Positions 9,561-19,007 of a stretch of 64,000 nucleotides of DNA are shown here, piece after piece (position 1 is the first letter of the stretch; each line of letters starts with the position of its first letter). Source of the stretch: Terricaulis sp. GTDB lineage: Bacteria; Pseudomonadota; Alphaproteobacteria; Caulobacterales; Aquidulcibacteraceae. The stretch spans positions 9,698 to 73,697 of the forward strand of contig JBEBHI010000001.1 of assembly GCA_040080935.1 (NCBI GenBank). Reading direction: 5' to 3'. Both the position numbers and the translations under genes were made by a program. The notes below the pieces were generated by a model, which was not told the origin of the DNA, did no database searches, and was given only the letters and a program-made list of their open reading frames with translations.

Positions 9561-10025
9561 ATGACCAAACTAGCCGCCTCCGGTATCGCCACAGCATTCG
9601 CGCTGGTGATGATTGGCGGTTCGACTGTCGCCTCAATACAAATGCAGCCCGCAGATGCTGCGCCTGCCGCGATAACGCAAAACGCCAATCCCGCTGACGC
9701 TTTGCAACTCGGCCAGTGCCGCATCGAGTACGATGGCCTTTCAGCTGAAAGCCAACCGGCGCCCATGGAGTGCGAACACGCGCAATGGCTCGCTCAACGC
9801 TGGGGTGGTCGTGTGGTTGAAAAGACTGGCGTCGGCCTAACCGAGCGTGCTGTTTACCAAGGTCGCAACAATTTTGTTGGTGTGCCCGCGAGCGACGTTC
9901 CGCGCGCTGGCTATTGTCGCGCTTTTATCGACGGCGCCGACCAGCAACCGGTCGAGAGCGATTGCCGCTCCGCCGAACGCATCGCGGCGGCTGAAGGCGG
10001 CCGCGTGCTGTTCATGCCGCTCTAG
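9561..10025 (+). CDS. secreted hypothetical protein with two Cys-pair repeats
   Basis: AGGAG RBS, signal peptide, and internal repeat CR...QP...C...GGRV present twice. Confidence 0.75.
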   Translation: MTKLAASGIATAFALVMIGGSTVASIQMQPADAAPAAITQNANPADALQLGQCRIEYDGLSAESQPAPMECEHAQWLAQRWGGRVVEKTGVGLTERAVYQGRNNFVGVPASDVPRAGYCRAFIDGADQQPVESDCRSAERIAAAEGGRVLFMPL

Positions 10026-11152
10026 GCGCGCATCGGATCGAATATCGCTCTGTGGCGCTCGAGAATATTTGCGGTCGTTTGCGCATCCGGCTCCAATGAC
10101 CAATTCCCGTGCTCAAACGTCCCACCAAGCACGATGCCATCACGGCGTCCGAACATGTAACCGCGCCCGATGACGTTATAGTCGATCTCCGGCTGCGGTA
10201 GCAGGATCGCAAGCTGCCCGCGCACAGGCTCAATCTCGGTGTCGCCGAACAGACGACCAGCGCCGAGGCCCGTGCAGTTGAAGATCGTCCGCTCCGGCAA
10301 CGCCTGCACCTGCGAAATATCCGCGAACTCGCGCACATGAATTTCGCCGCCCGCTTGGCGCACGTCCAGTTCCATGCGGCGCAGATAGAGCGGTGTCTCA
10401 ATCATCATCGTATCGAACTGGCGCACGAACGGGCTCGGGAAGTTGTGCTCGTCGGGCGCGAGGCTGCGCAGATTGACGATCAGTGCGTGCATCGGATCAT
10501 CCGGCGCAGCCGGATAGGTTGAGTTCGGGTTATTGGAGAGTGAGTAGTTGACCTCCCAACTCACGCCGTAGGCATCGCCCACAAGCGACTGATAGCGGCG
10601 GAACGCAAAGCGCGCGGCTTCGAACTGACGCTGACGAATTTCCGGCGTGGCGGTCTCGTCGTCGAACGTCGAAGACGGCCACCATTGCGCGCCGGCGACG
10701 TTGGAGGTCGTGTTCGGCGGCAGATCCTTCGCGTAGATGCGGACATTCGCCCCGCGCTCTTGCAACAGGCGCGCCGTCGCCAAGCCGACAGCGCCGCAAC
10801 CAAGAACCGCGACGTCCGGCTTCGAGCTATCGTAGCCAAGGTCAACGGCCATCTTCGCCGTGCCCCACGACAGCGTGATGCCACCGCCGCCGTGACCATA
10901 ATTGTGCACCAGCACCTTGTTGCCGAGCGCCTCGCGTTCAACGCGAAAGCCACTGGAGCGGTACGGACGCAAGCCAACATCGATGCGGATGATGCGTTCT
11001 TCAGAGACGAGCACAGGCGGAAGACGCACAGGCCGCGTGCCCGGCGCCATGCGCAGATCGCGCATCAAGCCGCCGCCAAATCCGCGCGCCGTCGCGCACG
11101 ACGACGCCAATCCGGCAGCGCCGATCGCCATCAAATTGCGGCGTGTGTGCAT
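10022..11152 (-). CDS. FAD-dependent D-amino-acid oxidase-like protein, Tat/lipoprotein signal
   Basis: TRRNL Tat motif and LASSC lipobox. Also [28 protein letters not shown] and PVRGQ. Confidence 0.85.
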   Translation of the reverse strand: MHTRRNLMAIGAAGLASSCATARGFGGGLMRDLRMAPGTRPVRLPPVLVSEERIIRIDVGLRPYRSSGFRVEREALGNKVLVHNYGHGGGGITLSWGTAKMAVDLGYDSSKPDVAVLGCGAVGLATARLLQERGANVRIYAKDLPPNTTSNVAGAQWWPSSTFDDETATPEIRQRQFEAARFAFRRYQSLVGDAYGVSWEVNYSLSNNPNSTYPAAPDDPMHALIVNLRSLAPDEHNFPSPFVRQFDTMMIETPLYLRRMELDVRQAGGEIHVREFADISQVQALPERTIFNCTGLGAGRLFGDTEIEPVRGQLAILLPQPEIDYNVIGRGYMFGRRDGIVLGGTFEHGNWSLEPDAQTTANILERHRAIFDPMRA

Positions 11153-11239
11153 GATGTTATCTCATCCCCTCGCGCGCCATGAGAAATGAGTTCGCGCGCC
11201 TGTCAATGCCGCCTTGCCGTTCGCGCGATTCTGAACCAA

Positions 11240-12160
11240 ATGGACGCCATGCATGGGCATCATGGGCACGCGCACGATCACCAAGATCACGCCCACCACC
11301 ATCCCGCGCCCAGCGACAAACGTTATACCATCGCAATCGCGCTGAACCTCGGCTTCGTCGTGCTCGAAGGCGCGGCTGGTTTCTTCGCTAACTCGACCGC
11401 GTTGCTGTCAGACGCGACGCACAATCTCTCTGACGTGCTTGGATTGGCGCTGGCAGGCGGCGCGGCGTGGCTGGCAAAACAGCAAGTCGGCGAACAACGC
11501 ACATACGGCTTCTCCAAGGCGACGGTGCTCGCAGCGCTAGCGAATGCAATTGTACTCGCCGTGGCGTGCACCGGATTGATCTGGGAAGCGTCGTCACGCC
11601 TCTTCGCGCCGGAGCCAACGCAACCGCTCCTCATCATGGTCGTGGCCGCCGCAGGCGTCGCAATCAACGGCGCGACCGCCATGCTCTTTCTGGCCGGACG
11701 CAAGGAAGACGTGAACGTACGCGGCGCTTATCTGCACATGCTTGCAGATGCGGGTGTTTCGGCCGCAGTCATCGTCGCCGGCGCGCTGATCTATTTCACC
11801 GGTATGAACTGGATCGACCCAGCCATCTCGGTGGCCGTGGTGCTGCTTATCTTTTGGGGCACGTGGGGCCTTCTGCGCGAGTCACTCGATCTCTCACTCG
11901 ATGCAGCGCCCGCCCACATCGATGTCGCCAAAGTGCGGGACTATCTCGCGGCGCAGCCGGGCGTGACGGCGGTGCACGATCTCCACGTCTGGGCAATGGG
12001 CGCAACGAAGCCGGCGCTCACGGCACATCTCGTGCGGCCCGAAGGCGGCGACGATGCGTTTCTGGCGAAGGTCGCAGATGGCATCACGCACACATTCGGG
12101 ATTTCACACGTGACCCTGCAAATCGAACGCGCGCAGCGCGACGATTGCGAGCACTGCTAG
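11240..12160 (+). CDS. CDF family Zn/Co/Cd efflux transporter (CzcD/ZitB-like)
   Basis: His-rich N terminus, SDATHNLSD, GAYLHMLAD, VHDLHVW, HVTLQIE. Confidence 0.92.
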   Translation: MDAMHGHHGHAHDHQDHAHHHPAPSDKRYTIAIALNLGFVVLEGAAGFFANSTALLSDATHNLSDVLGLALAGGAAWLAKQQVGEQRTYGFSKATVLAALANAIVLAVACTGLIWEASSRLFAPEPTQPLLIMVVAAAGVAINGATAMLFLAGRKEDVNVRGAYLHMLADAGVSAAVIVAGALIYFTGMNWIDPAISVAVVLLIFWGTWGLLRESLDLSLDAAPAHIDVAKVRDYLAAQPGVTAVHDLHVWAMGATKPALTAHLVRPEGGDDAFLAKVADGITHTFGISHVTLQIERAQRDDCEHC

Positions 12161-13065
12161 CGTTCAGACCACGTCTTCAAGAGCTGGTGCGCGATCGCAA
12201 ACGGCGGCGGGGCCCAGCATTCGGGATGCTTGCCCTCGATCAACTGCCTGGCCTCTTCGCGCGTAAACCAGCGGCCACTTTCGAGTTCGGTCGTGTCGAC
12301 CTTGTCGTTGTCGTCCTCGACCTCGCAAAGCACGCCGATCATCAGCGAATGAGGAAACGGCCACGGCTGCGTCGAATGCATCTCAACGTGACGCACCTTC
12401 AGTCCCGCCTCTTCCAACGTTTCGCGCGCCACCGCTTCTTCGATCGCTTCGCCCGGCTCGATGAACCCCGCCAGCGCTGAGTGCATGCCCTTCGGCCACG
12501 CCTTCTGGCGGCCAAGGAAGCACCTATCGCCAAGAGTCGGCACCATGATGCAAACCGGATCGACGCGCGGGTAGTGCTCGGCGTTGCAAGCATCGCATTT
12601 GCGCACCCAACCGCCTTCGACGACCTTCGTCGGCGTCGCGCAATTGGCGCAGAAGCCGTTGCGGCCGTGCCATTCGAACAGCGCCTTCGCGGTGCCGACG
12701 ATCGGGAGCTTGTTGTATTCCAAGCGCGGCGCGGCCGGGCGCAGCTCTTCGAAGCCCCCTAGATCGCCAAGCGCAGCCGGATCGCCGATCTCGCACGCGA
12801 AGTTCGGATCACCGTTGGTATCGTTGCCGAGGAAGATGAGCGGCAGGCTCTTGTCGCCGTAGAGCTCATAAACGTGTGTTGCGAGCCACCGCACGAAAAG
12901 CTTCCCGCCGCTCTCGTAGAGATACGGTCTGCCTTTATTGAATGGCAGCAACAGCGCCTGGTCATCTTTGAACGCCTTCGCGAGCCAGGCTTCGTCCTTG
13001 CGGAGAAGGCTGGCCCGGTCGAGCGTTGAGCGCGTGAAGGCGTTCGGATTGTGCGGGAGGAGCAC
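12157..13065 (-). CDS. nudC: NAD(H) diphosphatase
   Basis: Zinc ribbon CANC...CDAC, HYPRVDP, Nudix box GFIEPGEAIEEAVARETLEEAG, and STQPWPFPHSLM. Confidence 0.93.
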   Translation of the reverse strand: MLLPHNPNAFTRSTLDRASLLRKDEAWLAKAFKDDQALLLPFNKGRPYLYESGGKLFVRWLATHVYELYGDKSLPLIFLGNDTNGDPNFACEIGDPAALGDLGGFEELRPAAPRLEYNKLPIVGTAKALFEWHGRNGFCANCATPTKVVEGGWVRKCDACNAEHYPRVDPVCIMVPTLGDRCFLGRQKAWPKGMHSALAGFIEPGEAIEEAVARETLEEAGLKVRHVEMHSTQPWPFPHSLMIGVLCEVEDDNDKVDTTELESGRWFTREEARQLIEGKHPECWAPPPFAIAHQLLKTWSER

Positions 13066-13077
13066 TGACCGTTCGCC

Positions 13078-13857
13078 TCAGTTTGCCGGCTTCACGAAGC
13101 GCAGCGCGAACTGATCGGTGTGACCGCGAATATCGCTTTCAAACACGCGCTCAGTACGGTTGTCGGCGGGATTGCGGAGCACGTCGGTTTCTTCCTGAAG
13201 CACGAAGCCTGCCGCAGTCAGATCAGCGATGACTTGGGCGCGGTCGATGCGGTGCAGCGAATCCGTCACCGTGATCGGGCTGCCATCGACAGCAGCGTGA
13301 TCGATAATCACCAGGACACCACCAGGCTTCAGCGCCGCAAACATCGCGCGGTTCATCGCCGGCACGTCGAAGTGGAACACCGGCAAATAGAAGTCGTGAT
13401 AGATTTGCGAAATGAAGATTGCGTCGAGCGGCGCGCCCGCGCTCCATGTGTCATAGCCGGTCGTCAGGTGGGTGATGTTGCCGTAGAGCGGCGCAACGGT
13501 CGCCATCGGACGAGGCCGCTCCGCGGTGCCAGGACGATCCACTGCATAAACCTGTCCGCCGTCGCCAGCAGCGACAGCGAAGAGGCGCGAGTAGTAGCCG
13601 CCGCCAGGGCCGATATCGGCAATGCGCCAACCGGGCTGGATGCCGGTGAAGGCCATGATTTCGGCCGGATGGCGGAGCGCGTCACGCGTGGTGTCCGCTT
13701 CCGGGCGGCGGGAGTCGGTCACGGCGGCGACGATGTAGGGCGAGGTCGCGGTCGGCAGCGCCGGCGCGGGCGTCGCCATCATCAAACCGGGCACTGCACC
13801 CCCGGCGCAAGCGCCGATGAACAGCACAACCCCAAGTCCGGCCAATAGCTTACGCAT
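13078..13857 (-). CDS. predicted exported class I SAM-dependent methyltransferase (COG4798-like), copy 1
   Basis: Signal/lipobox (FIGAC), RDALRHP, DIGPGGGYYS, YHD, LHRID, RGHTDQF. ATG at 13857. Confidence 0.82.
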   Translation of the reverse strand: MRKLLAGLGVVLFIGACAGGAVPGLMMATPAPALPTATSPYIVAAVTDSRRPEADTTRDALRHPAEIMAFTGIQPGWRIADIGPGGGYYSRLFAVAAGDGGQVYAVDRPGTAERPRPMATVAPLYGNITHLTTGYDTWSAGAPLDAIFISQIYHDFYLPVFHFDVPAMNRAMFAALKPGGVLVIIDHAAVDGSPITVTDSLHRIDRAQVIADLTAAGFVLQEETDVLRNPADNRTERVFESDIRGHTDQFALRFVKPAN

Positions 13858-13978
13858 GACGTTCTCCCTGATCTGGCGGCGGTTTAGCCCGGCTGGGCGC
13901 TCCTGTCTCCCGCTTCGCAGCGAAGTGAACAAGGGAAGTGAACGATTGGAAACCGCCTCGCGTTACACTGGGGCCGCC

Positions 13979-14401
13979 ATGATTCCCGTGACGCCCTCCC
14001 TCGCCCTCGATGAGCGCGACCTAGAAGAACGCTTCATCCGCGCCTCGGGCCCGGGCGGACAGAACGTCAACAAGGTGTCGACCGCGGTTGAGCTGCGCTT
14101 CAACATGAACGGCTTCACCGAGATGCCTGAGGATGTGCGCGCGCGCCTGGAACGGCTCGCAGGACGCAGGCTTACGCTCGACGGCGAGATCGTGATCCGT
14201 GCGGACGAACACCGCACGCAGGATCGCAACCGTTCAGAAGCACAAGCGCGGCTGGTGGCGTTAGTTGAACAGGCTACGCACCGGCCGAAACCACGCAAGC
14301 CGACGAAGGTGTCGAAGGCGCAAAAGCTGAAGCGCCTGGAAGGCAAGGCAAAGCGCGGCAGCATTAAAGCCAACCGCGCCCGCCCGCGTCACGACGACTG
14401 A
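13979..14401 (+). CDS. arfB: alternative ribosome rescue peptidyl-tRNA hydrolase
   Basis: ASGPGGQNVNKVST (GGQ motif), RTQDRNR, and a basic C-terminal tail. Confidence 0.95.
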   Translation: MIPVTPSLALDERDLEERFIRASGPGGQNVNKVSTAVELRFNMNGFTEMPEDVRARLERLAGRRLTLDGEIVIRADEHRTQDRNRSEAQARLVALVEQATHRPKPRKPTKVSKAQKLKRLEGKAKRGSIKANRARPRHDD

Positions 14402-14407
14402 GAACGC

Positions 14408-15193
14408 CTATTCCGGCTTGCGGAAGCGCATCATGAACTGATCCGTGTGACCACGGATCGTGGGATCGAAGACGCCGACCGTGTGCGTGTCGGCAGCGTT
14501 GTGCAGCACATCGCTTTCGCCATCGAACACAAAGCCTGCGGCTTCCACTTCTGCACGCACGACAGCGGGATCGATCCGGTGCAACGCAGTGTCCGCATCG
14601 GTTTCGACTGCAGCGCCGGTGTTGGCGACGTGATCGATGATCACGTAAGCGCCGCCTGGCTTCAGGGCCGCGAACGCCGTTGCGTTCATGCGCGCGCGAT
14701 CGCCCAGCGCGTACGCCGTCAGCGGCATGTCGTGATAGTTTTGCGCGGTGAAAATGACGTCCAACAGCTCGGGATAGGCGAGTGCATCATACGGCGTGCG
14801 CGCCATCGTCGCGCTTGGATATTGCGCGGCTACGGGCAGGATCGGGAGTTCGTATTCACCGGCAACGCCGTCAGGGCGGATCGTCGGATAGACGCGGCCC
14901 GTTTCACCGACAGCAACGGCAAAGAGGCGCGTGAAATAACCACCGCCCGGGAAAATCTCGCCGACTTTGTCACCCTCCTCGATACCGGCGAACGCGAGCG
15001 TTTCGGCGGGATGACGCGCGGCATCGCGCGCAGTGTCTTCCGCGGGGCGGCGTGAATCCGCAACAGCGGCGACAATATTTGCCGCATCCGGCGACACGGC
15101 GACTTGCGCCGGTGGTGGGGTTTCTTGCTGCGCGGCTGGATTGCAAGCGGCGAGCGCCAAAGCGGCGGCTGCGGCGACGAATATTTTTCTCAT
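14408..15193 (-). CDS. predicted lipoprotein SAM-dependent methyltransferase (COG4798-like), copy 2
   Basis: LAAC lipobox, RDAARHP, EIFPGGGYFT, NYHD, LHRID, RGHTDQF. Confidence 0.85.
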   Translation of the reverse strand: MRKIFVAAAAALALAACNPAAQQETPPPAQVAVSPDAANIVAAVADSRRPAEDTARDAARHPAETLAFAGIEEGDKVGEIFPGGGYFTRLFAVAVGETGRVYPTIRPDGVAGEYELPILPVAAQYPSATMARTPYDALAYPELLDVIFTAQNYHDMPLTAYALGDRARMNATAFAALKPGGAYVIIDHVANTGAAVETDADTALHRIDPAVVRAEVEAAGFVFDGESDVLHNAADTHTVGVFDPTIRGHTDQFMMRFRKPE

Positions 15194-15264
15194 GAGCGTC
15201 TCCCTCTGCCGTGCGTGGTAGCGCGGCAGCAGCGAAGCTTCATCTGAAACGCGACGAACAACCT

Positions 15265-16587
15265 CTAGCGCGCGCGTTTTGGCGTCTGTGGCGGCGGCAT
15301 GAGTTCCAGTTGCTCGGGCGGCGGCGGCAGACGCGGCGCCGTTTCGATTTGCGTCGGCGAAGCGATGTCGATACCGGCATCGCCCGCGCCCAATTCCTTG
15401 AACTTGCGCGCCTGCGGCAGAACACGGCTTTCCACCGAGCCCAACATCTCATTGTAGGACTTCACCGACTTGCCTATGGAGTCGCCGACTTTGCCCATGT
15501 GATCGACCATCACCGCCATGCGGCGGAACAGCTCTCGGCCGAGTTCGGCGATCTCTTGCGCATTCTTGGCGCTCTGCTCCTGACGCCAGCCGTAGGCGAC
15601 GGATTTCGCAAGCGCCACCATCGTTGACGGCGTCGTGATGATGACCTTCTGCGCGAAGGCTTCGTCAAACAGATTGGGATCGCGTTCAGCAGCGGCAGCC
15701 AAGAAGTTCTCACCGGGCACGAACAACACAACGAAGTCGGCAGTGGCCGGCACGTGCTTCCAATAATCTTTCGACGCCAGATTCTTAACGTGCGCCTTGA
15801 GTTCGGCGGCGTGCTTTTTCATGTGCGCTTCGCGCGCGATATCGTCGGTAGCTTCCACGGCATCGAGATAGCCGGACAACGCCACCTTCGAGTCGACAAC
15901 GATGCAGCGCCCACCCGGAAGATTGATCACCACGTCCGGGCGCAAGCGCGCGCCCTCACCGTCGGTGGTCGAAAGTTGCTCCTGAAAATCCACGTGCGCC
16001 GCAAGACCAGAGAGCTCCAGCACGTTGCGCAACGTCTGCTCACCCCAGCGGCCGCGCATTTTCGGCGAGGCACGGAGCGCGGTCAGTAGATTCTGCGTGG
16101 TCTTGTTGCTGGAGCCGACAGCTTCGACCATCTGCTTCACTTGCTCGTTGATCGCAGACTTGTCCTGCAGACGCGCCTTCTCGAGCGCTTCAACGTTGAG
16201 CGCCAACTTCGCCAATTGCTCTTGTGCCGGCTGCAGCACTTCCTTCACCCCGCCTTGCGCGGCTTGCTTGTGCTTTTCGAACGTCTCGTTCGCGAGCGTC
16301 ATGAAATTTGTCTGCGAGGCTTCGAGAGCCTTGGCGGCCAGCGCCAAGAAGCGCGCCTCTTCAGACTCCGAGCGCTCGGCCTTCTGCGCTTGCGTCGCCG
16401 CCAACTCAGCTGTCAGCCGCGTGTTGTCCTCGCGCAAAACTTTCAGTTCGGCCAAGGCGCGGTCGCGCTCGCCCTTGATGAGTTCAGCGCCGCCCGCCAG
16501 CGACTGCGCCTGCATGGCGCGCCATGCAAAAAAGGCGGCCGCGCCGATAGCGGCGAGCGCCAGCAAAAGAGGGAGTGATTCGATCAT
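15265..16587 (-). CDS. rmuC: DNA recombination protein RmuC
   Basis: N-terminal TM helix and coiled coil, RGRWGE, RPDVVINLPGG, VDSKV, DFVVLFVPGE. Confidence 0.93.
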   Translation of the reverse strand: MIESLPLLLALAAIGAAAFFAWRAMQAQSLAGGAELIKGERDRALAELKVLREDNTRLTAELAATQAQKAERSESEEARFLALAAKALEASQTNFMTLANETFEKHKQAAQGGVKEVLQPAQEQLAKLALNVEALEKARLQDKSAINEQVKQMVEAVGSSNKTTQNLLTALRASPKMRGRWGEQTLRNVLELSGLAAHVDFQEQLSTTDGEGARLRPDVVINLPGGRCIVVDSKVALSGYLDAVEATDDIAREAHMKKHAAELKAHVKNLASKDYWKHVPATADFVVLFVPGENFLAAAAERDPNLFDEAFAQKVIITTPSTMVALAKSVAYGWRQEQSAKNAQEIAELGRELFRRMAVMVDHMGKVGDSIGKSVKSYNEMLGSVESRVLPQARKFKELGAGDAGIDIASPTQIETAPRLPPPPEQLELMPPPQTPKRAR

Positions 16588-16689
16588 TTCGGAAGCCTAG
16601 CAGTCCTGCCGGCCCGACCACATGCCCCGTCAGCATAGGCTTGATTTGGCGCATGGCGAAACACCGCTTGCAGGCGTAAAGTTTCGACC

Positions 16690-16893
16690 ATGAACCCGTT
16701 CAACTATCTCATCCCAATCGGCCTCGGCGTCGTTTTCCTGACCCTTTGCTTCGGGATCTACACCCTTTTCCGAGGCGGCGATTTTTCGCGCTCGTGGTCA
16801 AACAAGGCGATGCGCTTTCGGGTGATCGCACAGTTTGTGGTCATCCTGATCCTCGTCGGCGCCATGCTGTGGAGCAGAAGCCAGCATGGTTAG
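16690..16893 (+). CDS. HIG1-family twin-transmembrane small protein
   Basis: Two TM helices with the SNKAMRFRVIAQ motif. Lies directly upstream of pduO, the usual arrangement. Confidence 0.85.
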   Translation: MNPFNYLIPIGLGVVFLTLCFGIYTLFRGGDFSRSWSNKAMRFRVIAQFVVILILVGAMLWSRSQHG

Positions 16894-17458
16894 GCTGGAT
16901 AAGATCGTCACCAAGGCTGGCGATGGCGGCGAGACACGCCTTGCCACCGGTGAACCGGTTTCGAAAGCCAGCGCGCGCGTAGAAGCCTACGGCGCGGTCG
17001 ACGAAGCCAATTCCGCGATCGGCGTTGCGCGGCTTCACACCACCGCCGATCCGTTGCTCGATCCGATCCTTGAGCGCATACAAAACGATCTCTTCGATCT
17101 CGGCGCAGATCTCGCGACGCCGCACGCGGAGGATCTGAAGTTCGAACCGCTGCGCATACAGGCGAGCCAAACCGACCGGCTCGAACGCGAAGTAGAGCAG
17201 CTGAATGAAAAACTAGCGCCGCTTACTTCTTTCATTCTTCCGGGGGGCACGCCGGCTGCGGCGCATCTTCACCTCGCGCGCGCCATCGCACGCCGCGCCG
17301 AACGCGCCATCGTCGCCTTGACCGAAGGCGACAGCACTGTCTCGGCTGAAACGGTGAAGTACATGAACCGGGCGTCCGATTTGCTGTTCGTCGCGGCGCG
17401 TTACGCCAACGACGAGGGCAAGGCTGATCTGCTCTGGACGCCGGGAGCGAACCGCTAA
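16886..17458 (+). CDS. pduO: cob(I)alamin adenosyltransferase (PduO type)
   Basis: IVTKAGDGGET, YGAVDEAN, QNDLFDLGADL, FILPGG, RRAER, NRASDLLF. Confidence 0.92.
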   Translation: MVRLDKIVTKAGDGGETRLATGEPVSKASARVEAYGAVDEANSAIGVARLHTTADPLLDPILERIQNDLFDLGADLATPHAEDLKFEPLRIQASQTDRLEREVEQLNEKLAPLTSFILPGGTPAAAHLHLARAIARRAERAIVALTEGDSTVSAETVKYMNRASDLLFVAARYANDEGKADLLWTPGANR

Positions 17459-17865
17459 TGCGCGGCGGCGTTCATCACATCGATCTCACCGTGAAGGACG
17501 CAACGCGGTCGCGCCCGTTCTACGAAGCCGTACTCGGCCACATGGGCTACGTGCTGGCGACCGTTTACCCCGACGGCTATTGCGACTTCGATCTTAAGGG
17601 CACGCGCTTCTGCTCGATCGGCATACGCGGCGAAAGCGGGCCGAACGCAGGCCGCGTGCATGATCGCTACACGCCGGGCCTGCACCACATTGCGTGGGAA
17701 GCGGAGAGCCGCGCGGACGTTGATGCGCTCTCCGCGCTGCTGCAGAAAATTGGCGCAACCATTCTCGATGCGCCTGCCGAATATCCGCAATACGGACCCA
17801 CGTACTACGCCGTATTCTTCGCCGATCCGGACGGGGTAAAACTCGAATACGTGCATAAGCCGTAG
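17458..17865 (+). CDS. VOC/glyoxalase family protein
   Basis: HHIDLTV, HHIAW, YYAVFFADPDGVKLE. Confidence 0.88.
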   Translation: MRGGVHHIDLTVKDATRSRPFYEAVLGHMGYVLATVYPDGYCDFDLKGTRFCSIGIRGESGPNAGRVHDRYTPGLHHIAWEAESRADVDALSALLQKIGATILDAPAEYPQYGPTYYAVFFADPDGVKLEYVHKP

Positions 17866-17873
17866 CAGCAAAA

Positions 17874-17897
17874 CGGCCCACACTTTCGTGCGGGCCG
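17874..17897. terminator. hairpin terminator between convergent genes
   Basis: CGGCCC(A)CAC-TTTC-GTG(C)GGGCCG, flanked by AAAA and CTT. Confidence 0.6.
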
Positions 17898-17918
17898 CTT
17901 CGTCAGATCTACCGAACC

Positions 17919-18095
17919 CTAGCTGGGCTTTTTCATCGCATCCTTGGCGTCGCCAAGTGCTTCACGGCCTTCGCCCTTTGCCTTGTCGATTTTGCCTTTT
18001 GCTTCGAGCGAAGCATCGCCCGTTGCTTTGCCGACACCTTCTTTCACTGCGCCCGAAACCTTATCGGCCGCGCCTTTGATGTGCTCTTTGTCCAT
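17919..18095 (-). CDS. CsbD family general-stress protein (58 aa, absent from ORF track)
   Basis: My translation is MDKEHIKGAADKVSGAVKEGVGKATGDASLEAKGKIDKAKGEGREALGDAKDAMKKPS. It has an AGGAG RBS and an EcfG promoter upstream. Confidence 0.9.
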   Translation of the reverse strand: MDKEHIKGAADKVSGAVKEGVGKATGDASLEAKGKIDKAKGEGREALGDAKDAMKKPS

Positions 18096-18125
18096 GAATT
18101 CAGTCTCCTCTTGGTACGGAGAAAG

Positions 18126-18150
18126 AACGCTGAACGAACGTCATCGTTCC
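18126..18150 (-). promoter_or_regulatory. EcfG/SigT (general stress response) promoter for csbD
   Basis: Minus strand reads GGAAC-N16-CGTT, an exact match to the alphaproteobacterial GSR sigma consensus. Confidence 0.8.
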
Positions 18151-18153
18151 TGT

Positions 18154-18879
18154 TCAAGTGATGTATTGGGCGCCATTCATGGTGAGCGTGGAACCGGTCA
18201 TGAAACCTGATCCATCTGACGCGAGGAACGATACCGTGCTGGCGATTTCCTCGGCTTTGCCGAGACGTCCAACAGGAATACCGGCAATGATTTTCTTCAG
18301 CACCTCTTCGGGTACCGCGGCGACCATTTCCGTATCGATGTAGCCCGGGCAAACGCAGTTCACAGTAATGCCTTTGCTCGCGCCTTCTTGCGCCAGCGCT
18401 TTAGTAAAGCCGATCATGCCGGCTTTCGCCGCTGAGTAATTCACCTGACCAGCTTGGCCTTTTTGGCCGTTGATCGAGCTGATGTTGATGATGCGTCCGA
18501 AGCCGCGTGTGCGCATGCCTTCGATGACCTGACGCGTCATGTTGAAACAAGAATCCATGTTCACGCGGATCACTTCCGACCATTGCTCATGGCTCATCTT
18601 GTGGAAGAAGCCATCGCGCGTGATGCCGGCATTGTTCACCAGCACATCGATAGGCCCGAGCTGATCTTCGACAGCCTTCGCCGCCTTCACGCAATCGTCG
18701 AAGTTCCCGACGTTTCCCTTCACGACCATGATGTCGAGCTCTTTGGCGGCGGCGTCGGCGGCGGCGTCATTGCCCGAATACCCGGCCGCGACCTTCATCC
18801 CGTCAGCCTTCAGCCGCGCCGAAATGGCCTTGCCGATCCCCCGGGTGCCACCGGTTACAAAAGCCACGCGCGTCGTCAT
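18154..18879 (-). CDS. phbB: acetoacetyl-CoA reductase
   Basis: TGGTRGIG, NNAGITRD, SSINGQKGQAGQVNYSAAKAG. Near phbA and phaR. Confidence 0.93.
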   Translation of the reverse strand: MTTRVAFVTGGTRGIGKAISARLKADGMKVAAGYSGNDAAADAAAKELDIMVVKGNVGNFDDCVKAAKAVEDQLGPIDVLVNNAGITRDGFFHKMSHEQWSEVIRVNMDSCFNMTRQVIEGMRTRGFGRIINISSINGQKGQAGQVNYSAAKAGMIGFTKALAQEGASKGITVNCVCPGYIDTEMVAAVPEEVLKKIIAGIPVGRLGKAEEIASTVSFLASDGSGFMTGSTLTMNGAQYIT

Positions 18880-19007
18880 GAAGTGCCTCCCAGGTTCGTT
18901 TCGTCTGATGCGAAATCTGTGAGATCACTTTGCGCGAGTTGGCGGGCCTGTCCATACACGCGAGCCCGCTTTCGTGGGCGCTAGCTGGTTTGCTAGGTTG
19001 AGCGGCA

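Noticed and set aside
18125-18139. GAAC-N7-GAAC LexA-like box upstream of csbD
   Set aside because: It arises from a local GAAC-rich stretch within the EcfG promoter, and csbD is a general-stress gene. Probably coincidental, though not excluded.
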